NCBI GenBank assembly: GCA_020184695.1
Contig: JAANOX010000269.1
Coordinates: 186,001 to 250,000, forward strand
From: Histomonas meleagridis 2922-C6/04-290x
Lineage: Eukaryota > Protista > Parabasalia
Length of the DNA stretch: 64,000 nt
Reading direction: 5' to 3'
A model generated the notes under the pieces. That model was not told the origin of the DNA. It worked only from the letters and a program-made list of their open reading frames with translations, and ran no database searches. Made by a program: the position numbers and the translations under genes. Position 1 is the stretch's first letter; each line of letters begins with the position of its first letter. Positions 31,674 to 42,438 of this stretch are shown in pieces.

Positions 31674-32198
31674 TCAATCTTTTTTGGTGTGCTTTTGATT
31701 TGGGTGTTCTTGTTTGCTTGTACAATATGATATCATTATTTTTAATCCTATGAATAAGCACGAAAAGTATCCTAAAGATTTAAAGATATCTTTTTTGCTT
31801 ACCGATGATATAGGTCTGGAAAAGGACCATTCGACAATTGAATTATCTGTTTGGTTAATGATAGAAATCGCTATTGATGATTTAGACATAAAGAAAATCT
31901 CAATGAAAGTATCATCAGAAATTTGAGAAAGAGAATAAGGATGCTCAGTGTCACAATTTTCAATTTCAACTGTAAAATTATATCCTAAATATTCCACTCT
32001 TGCTGTTTTTGTGGAAGTAACATAAACATCAACAAACTTATCATTAAATAAAGATTGAAAATGACCATACCCTGGAATTTTGACAAAATAGGAAACATGG
32101 AATTGGTTCCAACTAGATGTAGACCAATTGCCAGCAACAATTGGGGCAAGAGAAAAATCATGTGAGCATGAAAGAGTAAAAAAATTGACCAGAAGCAT
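31674..32198 (-). CDS. Hypothetical secreted or membrane protein
   Basis: Signal-like N-terminus MLLVNFFTLSC, beta-rich body and C-terminal hydrophobic segment LGYFSCLFIGLKIMISY. Confidence 0.6.
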   Translation of the reverse strand: MLLVNFFTLSCSHDFSLAPIVAGNWSTSSWNQFHVSYFVKIPGYGHFQSLFNDKFVDVYVTSTKTARVEYLGYNFTVEIENCDTEHPYSLSQISDDTFIEIFFMSKSSIAISIINQTDNSIVEWSFSRPISSVSKKDIFKSLGYFSCLFIGLKIMISYCTSKQEHPNQKHTKKD

Positions 32199-32586
32199 TT
32201 TTTTCACATCAAATGTCAGCTAGCATGTTTAACAAAATTCTCAGAGACAATATTTCTTGAATATTCCAAGCATTTCTATCATGCTAAGGAAAACCATTTC
32301 CTCTGGCATTTAAATTTTCAAAAAGACTTTAGAACCAATTCAAATGATAAATTCAATCAATCAAAAAAATTAAATATGAAAAAAATGTAACAAATGGGTA
32401 TCATTTGTGACTCTAAAAAGGTAAGACGCTTTGCGTTTTTTGAGATTTAAATTCACGAATTTTCGGTGGATCGTTAATTGAATGATTTACACGATGAGCC
32501 AATGCAAGAAAAATTATTATACAAAAAAAAAATCATTGAAATTACCTCATTTATGAGTCGATAAGTACTAGCTTGTGGACTCCTTT

Positions 32587-32889
32587 TTACCAAGGAATCC
32601 ATACAAGAACGATTGCAACAACCAATACAATTGATAATATCCAAGGTATACAATTACCTGCTGTTGCCTTTACCTTAAGAACTGCTTCATTGGCTTTGTC
32701 AACTTGAACTTGAGCTCTGTCCATGTTTTGGTTAGTTTCTTTGAGCATTTGATTTTGTTCTTCTAATTCATTACCGATTGAATTTGCTGAAACTTTTAAT
32801 TGGGAAGAGATTTCAGCAAGTGCGTCAATCCTGTTGTCCATAAGCTGGAAATTTTGCTGTGTTTGTGCGTGCAGCTCGGCGTTGGACAT
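32587..32889 (-). CDS. Qc-type SNARE (Syntaxin-8/Syp5/Bet1-like), tail-anchored
   Basis: IDALAEISSQLKVSANSIGNELEEQNQMLKETNQNMD SNARE coil with a zero-layer Q, followed by a C-terminal TM. Confidence 0.88.
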   Translation of the reverse strand: MSNAELHAQTQQNFQLMDNRIDALAEISSQLKVSANSIGNELEEQNQMLKETNQNMDRAQVQVDKANEAVLKVKATAGNCIPWILSIVLVVAIVLVWIPW

Positions 32890-33231
32890 TACCTTATTAT
32901 AAATAAACTTCAGAAATCGGCGAATCACAATTATTTCAAAAAGTTATTTTTTATGTAAACCAGTCAAATTTGGTATTGTTTTGCAACTTTGGAAGAAAAT
33001 ATAAAATTCTTCTTTAAAAAAAGAAATTGCTTCTAAAATCATCTTATACTGCACAACGCTCACTTATGTCTTACAATTCCAACAAAAGCAAATTAGTTAA
33101 TAAGTTTTTTCTTTTACGATTTTGTAATTTATTTCGAAATATCTATTTGATAAAACACTTAACCTTAATCAAGCATTAAAAAGAGTTAAAAAACGAACGA
33201 TTTTGAAAACTTAATTCTTTATGAATCGTTT

Positions 33232-33939
33232 TTAAGCCCATGCTTGATCAGCAAGGGTGTAATCATCAACATATGGGTTCCTGTTGCCTTGTGTTTGGTT
33301 GATTCTATCATTACGTGTGATTTCACGTTGGGTTGGTGGGTGTTCTCTATTCCATTTCAAAAATGTTTGGAGATCACCAACGCGTGACATGTCGTAGCTG
33401 TCGTACATTGTGTAGAAATAAAGGATACCACGAGCAAGTTCACCACGGTCTTCTAATCTTGGCATGAATTTATTGCCATTAACTAAGCAAGAGTATTCAT
33501 CTGGGTTTGATGGCATTGATGTGGTGCAATCCATATCTCTGCAGAACTTCTTGCATTCACTATAATCAACTTCGACAAATGGATAGTTAGATCTAGCATT
33601 GTTGATCTTAGAAGCAGATGGGTAAAGGTGATGGATATCGGAAACCATTGGCTTTTCCTTGTTAAAGAAGCTTTGTGGAACACTATGTTCACAATTGACA
33701 CTACCAGAAGGAAGGGTTGTTCTGCCACATTTCCATGGGTATGTAGTACCTGAATACATCAAAAACATTTGGCCATCTGTGCAATCAATGTCATTGTACA
33801 TGTAGACACGAGCTGTTTTATATGAGAAAGCTGTGTGTGCAGAGTATTCCCTCTTAAGCTTTTGACGAAGAGATTCACCCTTCAATCCGTTTGTTGGTAT
33901 GTGCTTGTTGATGATGCACAAAAAGAAAGCAAACATCAT
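33232..33939 (-). CDS. Secreted endonuclease I family (EndA/Vvn/Bsn-like, His-Me finger) nuclease
   Basis: Signal peptide, NCEHSVPQSFF (catalytic His), DIHHLYPS...INNARSNYPF, RGELARGILYFYTMY and WNREHPP...RNDRI...QGNRNPYVD. Confidence 0.9.
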   Translation of the reverse strand: MMFAFFLCIINKHIPTNGLKGESLRQKLKREYSAHTAFSYKTARVYMYNDIDCTDGQMFLMYSGTTYPWKCGRTTLPSGSVNCEHSVPQSFFNKEKPMVSDIHHLYPSASKINNARSNYPFVEVDYSECKKFCRDMDCTTSMPSNPDEYSCLVNGNKFMPRLEDRGELARGILYFYTMYDSYDMSRVGDLQTFLKWNREHPPTQREITRNDRINQTQGNRNPYVDDYTLADQAWA

Positions 33940-33956
33940 AATGATAAACCCCCGGT

Positions 33957-33964
33957 TAACCGCC
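33957..33964 (-). promoter_or_regulatory. M3-like core promoter motif GGCGGTTA
   Basis: Matches RRCSGTTD 18-25 nt upstream of ATG 33939. Confidence 0.5.
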
Positions 33965-35541
33965 AGGCATTCAAAACGTCGGTTTGAGCACTGAATTCTT
34001 CAACCTATACATTCAATTTTTGAATAAAATGTTTTGACTTTCTGTGGCATAACCGTTCTAATTTATCGTGACTTAAATCCTATCGTTCTGATGTAATGGT
34101 GCATTTTTAATGTTTTAAACATTTATAATACATTTATAAATAAGAAAGCTTTCATTCATCATTTTAAAATCTATATAGCTTTATCTAAATGATCCCTTTA
34201 TGAACAAGTTTTTATGTTATTAATGAATACCAAAAAAAAACCTTAAAATACTTCTGAGCATATGTTTTTTGCAAGTTATTGATATCTTTTTACATGATTT
34301 TATGATATGACATATTGGATCACAAAACTCAAATTTTATTTAAATTAACTAAAAAAAATTGTATTCCGTTGTTGAAATTATAAATCATAAACCATCTTGA
34401 TGATTGCATTTGGGGTGTTAGTTCAGAATGAAAAAAGTTTTACATATTATGTTATGCTTCTTTGATTTCAATAATATATGGGGATTACTCAAAATATTTT
34501 GATACAGCATTTATTACAGCATAGCAAAATGAATTTACGAAAATCAATAAAATATTTTTTGACATTGTTTCGCTTAAAATTGAGTCAGATGGTAAAATAT
34601 TATTGGTTAAATTGCATTTGAAATCCACACTTCATAATCCATCTCATTTTTTTGTTTGTCCGTTATAATAATTGTTTTAACGTGAATTTTTGAAACAAAA
34701 AAGCGGTTGCATTATCTGGGCCCATATTAAAAATTATCTGGGCTCATGGAAAACGGCTGATAATTTTGATATCTCAAATTTGAGATAAACCGATAAAAAT
34801 AAAATGAGAATACCTTTATATTGTTCGAACAAAAACAAGTGACAAAACATACCCATGAAATACAAATACTTAAAATAAAACCGAAAATAAAAAATTCATT
34901 TAAGAAGCTTTCCAAAAACTTTCTTTTTCTTGCTCACACCAAAATTTATAAACTATTTAATATTGAATAGTATAAAAAATAAATCATTCAATCAAGAGTA
35001 TCTCCCTCTAGCCCAAGTAATTAACATTATAATATAAAAAATGATAATAATACATGGTGGAATAGATTTTAAGAAATATTTCTTCTTTTCATATGATGTT
35101 GAATCAAATTATTAATTCTTTATGGAATTCATTTCTAGTCAATCAATATTTTAATTATTAAAACAAAATCAAGAAAAAACAAAGTTCCTAGATGTAAAAA
35201 CATATCAATTTTATTTCAAGAACAAAAAGCGAAGAAAACAGTCGTGCAACACAGAACGATTAAAGAAGATTCAAAAAAGCCTTTAGCCGCTGGTTAGCGG
35301 CCGGGATAACCGTTTAAGAAAAAATCCCGATCGGTGATACAGTTTCTTACGAATAAACATTTCAATTTATGATTATTTAACGGTGCATTTATGTTGTTTT
35401 GCATTGTGAAATGTTTACAGGAAGTTTTTGAGAACATTTCAGAACTCTACAGACACCTGATTTAAATTGATACTTGGCCGGATACGAAATAACGAGGTGT
35501 TCAAAAACGAGGGAGTTTTGACAGCAACTTTTTGTGCTTGT

Positions 35542-35549
35542 GACGGTTT
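35542..35549 (+). promoter_or_regulatory. M3-like core promoter motif GACGGTTT
   Basis: Matches RRCSGTTD about 20 nt upstream of ATG 35568. Confidence 0.5.
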
Positions 35550-35567
35550 AAGCGAAAAACCATAAAA

Positions 35568-36521
35568 ATGAACTTCGATTTCGACCTTGCGCTTGACTAT
35601 TTTTGCAATGAAACGAACTTCAAGGTATGCCGTCTTTTCGACCGCATTGAAAACAATGGCTGCCCAGTTGGAATCTATGATGTAACCGATACTTACATGA
35701 TGGCCGACATCCCATTCCTCATCTTAGGTATCATTATTGCAGTTTTCTTCATGGCATTAATCGGTCTTCTCAAGAAAGATGAACTTCAATTTAAGCACCA
35801 AGTCCCAACTAGAGGATTATTTTTATGGAGATCCCACATTTTCGCAGTCGGTCTTTCCATTCTTATGTGGACCTTGTCTATTTCATTCTTCCCAATGGAT
35901 GGACCTGTAGAACAATTTTTCATAGCTGCTCGTGCTGCTTGTTTCGATATTGCAGGTGCTCTCCTCATCATCATTACTCTTGTTGATACACATCTCTTAC
36001 CTTGGGATATGTTATGGGTCAACTTCATCGAATTAGCCGTCTCACTCGTAATTGGATTAATCTATTTCGTTAACCTCACCAATCCATCACCATCCTTTGC
36101 TGTCTTCATGGGCTTTATTTTCCCTGTTGCTTGTCAGCTCTTCCTCTTCATCGGTATGATACCAGTTCTTATTTATCGTCGATTATGGATGGGCTTGGTC
36201 TACTTGGTTTTGTTGTCAATATTCGGTATTGCACCATACTTCATTGAGTTGTACGCAAACGGTGGAATGTGCGAAGGTACTGCCGGATGGTTCACAGCTC
36301 CATCTTTATGTGTTATCATCTATGCATTCTATCGCGTTTTCATTCAACTTTACTTCGTCATTCTTAAGGCCGATGAGAAGATGGATGGCTTACCACCCAA
36401 TCCAAGAAGATACGATGATGTATCATCATCTGAATTGAACAAGCCTCTCCCAATTGAAGTCAGTGACTATACATACAGTTACACTTACACCGAATCGGAA
36501 GCAGAACAAGAACAGCTTTAA
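35568..36521 (+). CDS. 7-TM protein, chitin synthase export chaperone (Chs7)-like
   Basis: Seven hydrophobic segments, N-terminal Cys pattern (FC...VC...GC) and loop MCEGTAGWFTA before the last TM, resembling fungal Chs7. The family call is from pattern recall. Confidence 0.55.
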   Translation: MNFDFDLALDYFCNETNFKVCRLFDRIENNGCPVGIYDVTDTYMMADIPFLILGIIIAVFFMALIGLLKKDELQFKHQVPTRGLFLWRSHIFAVGLSILMWTLSISFFPMDGPVEQFFIAARAACFDIAGALLIIITLVDTHLLPWDMLWVNFIELAVSLVIGLIYFVNLTNPSPSFAVFMGFIFPVACQLFLFIGMIPVLIYRRLWMGLVYLVLLSIFGIAPYFIELYANGGMCEGTAGWFTAPSLCVIIYAFYRVFIQLYFVILKADEKMDGLPPNPRRYDDVSSSELNKPLPIEVSDYTYSYTYTESEAEQEQL

Positions 36522-36810
36522 GGGGCGAATATTAATAAAAATGTTAACCACAAATTGAATGTTTGACAAATATAAACTATTCAATATTCAAAACAATAGT
36601 TATTCAGTCGTTTATAATCGGTATGTGTACAAAAAGTTTATTAAACATCAAATTTGAATTTGCAAATATGCCAAATCGATAAAAACTTCTTTTTGCATTG
36701 AATTTTGGCTGTGATAAAAAACATTAAAAAGTTTGTTGTAACTGTGTTTTATCACAATGGTTAAAATATTTGAATAGGAAAAATGTGAAGAAAATATTTA
36801 TTTAATATTT

Positions 36811-39800
36811 TCATCTTGGGATTTCATATTCTACAAGTGGATCACTGATTACTCTCCTGAACCCAATTGTTTTAAATTTTTTTAAATATATAAAGAAACC
36901 TACAAAAGCAAATACAGCAACACATCCAAGCACAATGAAAACTATTCCTGTTGTACTTAAAGTCTTCTGCTTTTCGATCACATAACTTCTTGCTAAGATA
37001 TAATCTTCAGGTACATCAGAAACATCTTCTAAACTTTGTAATTTTAGTTTCTTTTCATTAAATGCCGATGTTTTAGTTATTACTTTTCCATCCTCTGTGA
37101 AATGTGCAATATCTTTTGTATAACCATTTTTAGGTTCATTAATTCCAAGGATTTGGAAAAACTTTCTTGGGTCAATCGAATATTTATTTTGACTAAATGG
37201 AATATTTAACTTTCCTATATTTAATGATATTTCGATTGATTTGTTTCTATATTGATATATTTTGAGTTTAAGTTCATTTGGTTTGATATCTTTTTCAATT
37301 ATCTCTATATAACCATCCCAATCTTTCGAGTATTTACTTATTGTTTTATTATATACAAGTTGTCGATTTACTCCACATGATAATTTATTTAACTCGTCAT
37401 CATTATCAATTTCATTTATTCCTGCAGATGTTCCATATTTTAATAAACATAAACCATTTTTATCAAATGATTCAGTAAATTCACAAAATGAATTAAACGA
37501 AGAGTTACAAATTGCATATAATAAAATATCTTCGGAATATTCGGGATTTATATTAAATATTCCTTCATTTCCAGAAATTTCATTTGATTTCCCATTTTCA
37601 TAATTAATAATTAATTTTTTGCATCTATCACATCGAATTGAAATCATATGTTTTCCAATAAATTCTTGTGCAATTGATTCTGATATATGAAATGTTAAAG
37701 ATTTCTCAGGAAAACCAAAAAAGCTTGGGAAAATCTTAAAGAAATCTGATTCTGTTTGATATGTTCTAAGTTTCCAATTTCCATTTTTAGGTTTTATAAT
37801 TGTTGGATTTATATAAGGATTTGTAATTAATGAATAATCATTGATATAATTTGACTTATGAGAAGTTGCTTCAAAACATCCAACAACTTCAGCAGGTTCA
37901 GAAATAGTAATTCCGTTTTTACATTTTGCATCTTCTGTTGTTACAAATGTTGATAAAAGAGTTACCGCGTATTTATTTGTTTTTTCTTCGAATAAACGAA
38001 ATGGAATTTCAATTGTTGAATTATGAATTGATTCTTTAGGATTTAAAACCAGTGAAATATGATTTTTATCAAGGAATGAATGAGGACATAAAGGTAAAAG
38101 TAATGAATTAACTTGAAGTAAACATCCAACTTTAGTATTAGAATTAAAATCATTTTGATTAGTAAATCTTAATATTATATATCTTTCGGAATCAAATACA
38201 TCAAATTTTATTGTTCTTTTGCTTTCAAATATACGTGAAATTATTCCGCGTTGATTAGATTTTAATGGTTGTGGAAGTTCAAATACTACATCAGGTGTAT
38301 TTATAGTTACATTAAATGTTAAATTAAAGTTTTGATTCTTAAAGTCGAGATAAAAATCATGTGAACGATCTAATTCTTTATGCTTTAAAATTAATGAATT
38401 TGATTGTTTTCCATCTTTTGTTACAACACTAAAATTGATTTTAAGTTTAGACATTTCATTTTCCATATTAAAAATACATCTATCATAAATACCTAATTCA
38501 TCAGAATAATATAATTTGTTTTGTTTTGGCTTTAAAAACATTTTACACATTAATTCACATGAATCATCAAGTATACAATTATATAATTTAATTGTTGCGT
38601 TTTTTAAGTTATCAATTTTATGATATACAGATGAAAGCATAATTTGAAGTTCATTACGATTTAAATAATTTCCAGAGTTTTGATGAGTTGATGAATCATC
38701 AAATACATTTTTCATAGGTAATACACTATAAGGGTCATTATATATTCCATGCGTTATCATTCCTAAAGTCGAATTATGTTTATTAATAACATAAGGTTTA
38801 AATGATATAAATGAACTTTCTTCTTTTCCTTGAAACTCTTTAAATATTTCTACATGATATGCTTTTTTAATAGTTGTTTCCATGCAAAAACTTAAAAGAT
38901 CTGCTAAACATTCGTTTGCAGTTTTTTGATTTAGATAAAAATTAGATGAATTCTTATAACTATTCCAAATTACACCAACAATATATATTTGATATTTAAG
39001 ATATGAATTTTTTGGTGGATCAATTAAAATCATCTTTTTAGATATTTTATATTCATTCTTTTCAAAACGAATTTTAGGTAAAGACATTGAATCAATAACA
39101 TTTCCTTTGTTATCATAAGCAAATAATTTAGGATAATAAGTATCATAATTAACTAAAGAAAACGCTGTTGCTTTCTCTGTTGATATTATATATGATCCTT
39201 TTGAATTAAAATCGATAAGTGAATTTTGGCCTTCCATTGTTTGATCAGGAGAAAACAAACAATAATTTGGTGTTTCGAAATTACTAATTAATGATATTTC
39301 TTCTGAAATAGGTTCAATTAATGAAAAACCTTTAAATGAAAGTGATTCACCATAAATATAACCAATTAAATTATAATTTGCTTTTCCATATAAATAAGGG
39401 GATGTACATTTATTTGAATCAGATGTAAAACCTATGTCCATTAAATATTTTCCACCTATTTCTAACTTTGCAATTGTAACTTTCCCTAATTGAATAGTGA
39501 TAGTTGCTGAAACTTTAATGTCTGGTGTATAATCCATTTGAAAGTTTGGCTTGTAATCAAAAGTATCATTTGTTTCTAGATCTTCATTATTAGAATGAAA
39601 ATCAAAATCAAATGGATCATGATTAACACCTAAATTTGATGAAAATGTACCACTTTGTCTTAATTTAGTTGTAATGTTTCTATAAAATCCAATTCCTTTT
39701 GGTATTTTAATAGTGACGTTTTTAAAAGTTAATAAGAAAGATACATCAAAAGAGAAATTAAATTTCATTCCAAGGATTATCTTGGTAAAAGTATAAATAG

Positions 39801-40536
39801 GGATACTTTCTTCTATTAAATTAAAAGTTTGATCGATAATATCAATATCTTCATCAAAAGAAAAACCAATTCCAAAAATACTTTCAATATCAAATTGATA
39901 ATCAATTTTAACATTCCCAAGTCCATAAGCTTTAGCTTGCATTGATCCAACAGCATTTGCTAATACACCAGCATACATTTTAAAGGGAATATCATCACTA
40001 ATTTTAATTAAATTTGGTCTATTTCGATCAATATCCCAATTTATTGATTCTATTACTCGACATCTTTCACCTAAAACATTTGAAGAAAATGAATTACATT
40101 CAAAGTTCTTTGGTTTAATTTTTGAAACGTTTTTCATTTTTAATTTAAGATTAGTAAATGTATCCAATGGATTCGTTTCAGTAACTTTATATAAATCAAC
40201 ATCTTTATAATTCCCAATATGTCTTTTTGCTCTATAAAGTTTTTGTGTATTATTGTCTATAAAATAATTATTCTCTTCAAATGTATTATTATCTTGATGA
40301 ATAGCCAAAAGTTTTTTATCTTCATTTAATGCATATCCTTTGATCCCAGGTTGTTCTATACTTTTTATATCATATGGTAGATGGAAAGAAATTCCATCTT
40401 TATCATAATTTTGATTTATAGAACTCTGAATTTTAGATGTTTTAATAAAATTGCTATTGTTGATTGCTTTATATGCAAGATTTTTTAGGTCTTGGCTCAA
40501 ACATGCGATAAATGGTGAAAATATTATAATAAACAT
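36811..40536 (-). CDS. Large orphan type I surface protein (~1241 aa)
   Basis: ATG 40536 is preceded by Inr-like TCACTTCATTT. Signal peptide, beta-rich ectodomain with paired Cys, TM IVFIVLGCVAVFAFVGFFIYL and tail ending SDPLVEYEIPR. Confidence 0.85.
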   Translation of the reverse strand: MFIIIFSPFIACLSQDLKNLAYKAINNSNFIKTSKIQSSINQNYDKDGISFHLPYDIKSIEQPGIKGYALNEDKKLLAIHQDNNTFEENNYFIDNNTQKLYRAKRHIGNYKDVDLYKVTETNPLDTFTNLKLKMKNVSKIKPKNFECNSFSSNVLGERCRVIESINWDIDRNRPNLIKISDDIPFKMYAGVLANAVGSMQAKAYGLGNVKIDYQFDIESIFGIGFSFDEDIDIIDQTFNLIEESIPIYTFTKIILGMKFNFSFDVSFLLTFKNVTIKIPKGIGFYRNITTKLRQSGTFSSNLGVNHDPFDFDFHSNNEDLETNDTFDYKPNFQMDYTPDIKVSATITIQLGKVTIAKLEIGGKYLMDIGFTSDSNKCTSPYLYGKANYNLIGYIYGESLSFKGFSLIEPISEEISLISNFETPNYCLFSPDQTMEGQNSLIDFNSKGSYIISTEKATAFSLVNYDTYYPKLFAYDNKGNVIDSMSLPKIRFEKNEYKISKKMILIDPPKNSYLKYQIYIVGVIWNSYKNSSNFYLNQKTANECLADLLSFCMETTIKKAYHVEIFKEFQGKEESSFISFKPYVINKHNSTLGMITHGIYNDPYSVLPMKNVFDDSSTHQNSGNYLNRNELQIMLSSVYHKIDNLKNATIKLYNCILDDSCELMCKMFLKPKQNKLYYSDELGIYDRCIFNMENEMSKLKINFSVVTKDGKQSNSLILKHKELDRSHDFYLDFKNQNFNLTFNVTINTPDVVFELPQPLKSNQRGIISRIFESKRTIKFDVFDSERYIILRFTNQNDFNSNTKVGCLLQVNSLLLPLCPHSFLDKNHISLVLNPKESIHNSTIEIPFRLFEEKTNKYAVTLLSTFVTTEDAKCKNGITISEPAEVVGCFEATSHKSNYINDYSLITNPYINPTIIKPKNGNWKLRTYQTESDFFKIFPSFFGFPEKSLTFHISESIAQEFIGKHMISIRCDRCKKLIINYENGKSNEISGNEGIFNINPEYSEDILLYAICNSSFNSFCEFTESFDKNGLCLLKYGTSAGINEIDNDDELNKLSCGVNRQLVYNKTISKYSKDWDGYIEIIEKDIKPNELKLKIYQYRNKSIEISLNIGKLNIPFSQNKYSIDPRKFFQILGINEPKNGYTKDIAHFTEDGKVITKTSAFNEKKLKLQSLEDVSDVPEDYILARSYVIEKQKTLSTTGIVFIVLGCVAVFAFVGFFIYLKKFKTIGFRRVISDPLVEYEIPR

Positions 40537-41102
40537 AAATGAAGTGAGATTATTCCAGATATTGAAAAATGAGTTCTCATAAATTGTTCTCAAAATTGTT
40601 CAGAAAAATACAAAAAATAGATGATGAAATTTGTTAAAGTAGAAATTTCCACAATAAGAATTTCCTTGTCAAGTTGATTAAATTTTGTACGAAAAAAGTT
40701 ATTAATAATACTGATTAAAATAAACACCTTTTTTAATTAAATTTTTTTGGTTATTATCAAATGTAAAAAAATCCGTAAAAATTCTATGAATGAACTTTTG
40801 ATATTGGTAAAATATATCAAAAGTATTCTGAAAAGTTCATGAAATGCAATACAAATGCCATTTTTGATGTTAAATAGCAACTATTACATAATGTGTAAAT
40901 AACATATCTTCAAAACAAAAATATTTAAAACTAGCACAAATTTTCTTTATAAACAAGTCAGCTAATTTTATGATTCGAATAATATTTACTAAAAAAAAAA
41001 AAATATCAAAAAGACGAAAATATGAATTTCAATACATCGATAGCTTCATTTCAAATAAGTACGATGTTTTTTCTTTCAATTTCTCTATCGGCAAACGATA
41101 GC

Positions 41103-42005
41103 TCACAATTTATTTTTTTTGCTTTGTGTCGATTTTAGTTTTTGTTTTTCGTTTAACTTCATTTCCAATTCTTTGATTTTACCTGCTAATTGTTTTTCTC
41201 TTTCTTCGAAGTCTGATATGAATTTTTCATGCATCGCTTTAAATGATCCCATCAACATTTGCAATGGAATTTCTTGACTTTTTTCTTCTTTTTGCTTTTC
41301 CTTTTCCTTTTCGTTTTCTTTGGTAACTTCTTTTTGTGGCGTTTTCGGTGGTTCATTGATAGTTTCTGTATTTAATGTTCTTTGACTTTGTTGTGAATTT
41401 GTTTCTTCGCGAGAAATTTCGTTTTCATTGCGAATAAGTGTCATTGAAGAAAGAGGCGGAAGCTGTGGGTAAGTAACACGTATTGGGAATTGTGTTTTAA
41501 AGACGAGAATTTGCTTTGGTGTGAAGCAATTTAAAATAAGTTTAAGATGTCGGAAAAATGTGTTGACAAAGAATTCATTGATAAGCCTAATGTCACGAAG
41601 CTCAAATATAAGTGTAGAGGTTGGTGGACGATCAACAGAATGAGATAATAAAAGTTTCTCATATTGTTCATGAAGACTTTGGGGATTGTAAAATGGTGAC
41701 GAGGTGGCCTCAATAAACATGGTGAGATAAAGAGAGAGGAAAACTATGGCTTTGGGATAAGAAAAATTATTATCTGAGGTAAATAAAATAGCACTATGCA
41801 TCATGTCAATGAGAATATCGAGCGATTGAGAATCAAAGGCATATTGATTAAGATCAAATAAAAAAAGAATTCGTGCTCGATACATTTGTTGATCTGGGCA
41901 TTGATAAATCGAATAAAGATTTTGAGCTGTAATGACAGGGTGTATTAAGCATTTTCGCTCTAGAAATGAATCAATACCTGTAAACTCTTCTTCACTTAAA
42001 TCCAT
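41103..42005 (-). CDS. CFAP119: Flagellar central-pair C1a subunit CFAP119/CCDC189 (CLAMP family)
   Basis: LLLSHSVDRPPTSTLIFELRDIRLINEFFVNTFFRHLKLI matches the family core HxVxRPPxSxxxF...TxFRHxKL. C-terminal coiled coil. Confidence 0.85.
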   Translation of the reverse strand: MDLSEEEFTGIDSFLERKCLIHPVITAQNLYSIYQCPDQQMYRARILFLFDLNQYAFDSQSLDILIDMMHSAILFTSDNNFSYPKAIVFLSLYLTMFIEATSSPFYNPQSLHEQYEKLLLSHSVDRPPTSTLIFELRDIRLINEFFVNTFFRHLKLILNCFTPKQILVFKTQFPIRVTYPQLPPLSSMTLIRNENEISREETNSQQSQRTLNTETINEPPKTPQKEVTKENEKEKEKQKEEKSQEIPLQMLMGSFKAMHEKFISDFEEREKQLAGKIKELEMKLNEKQKLKSTQSKKNKL

Positions 42006-42438
42006 TTTTTTGGAAGAACGTTAAAATAATATTAACAATTTTTCCTCTTCTTCATAACACCAATTTCGTAGGTCTTCTTTCTCCATTTTAGTTTAAAAAA
42101 CATATGTTTTTTCGTATTTAAGATGAATTAAAAAAAGTCAAAAAAATTTTAATTTAATGATTTTTACAAAATTATATTCAATTTTTATGTAATCTAAATC
42201 TATACTACTAAGTTTTAGAGACCAGGCGATTAATGTGCTTGTTATTGAAATTATTATAAACAAAAATTTTATTAACAGAAATAATTTTAAATCAATTTGA
42301 TTGTAATTCTGGTTCTTGACCCTATGGAATGAACATAACTCTTTCCAATCGTCCACGTTTTAAATCAGATGGAGGATACAGTGATTTTTAGACTTTTGTT
42401 GGCGTGGAGACCGTTATCACCTTTAACGTATTTTTTCT

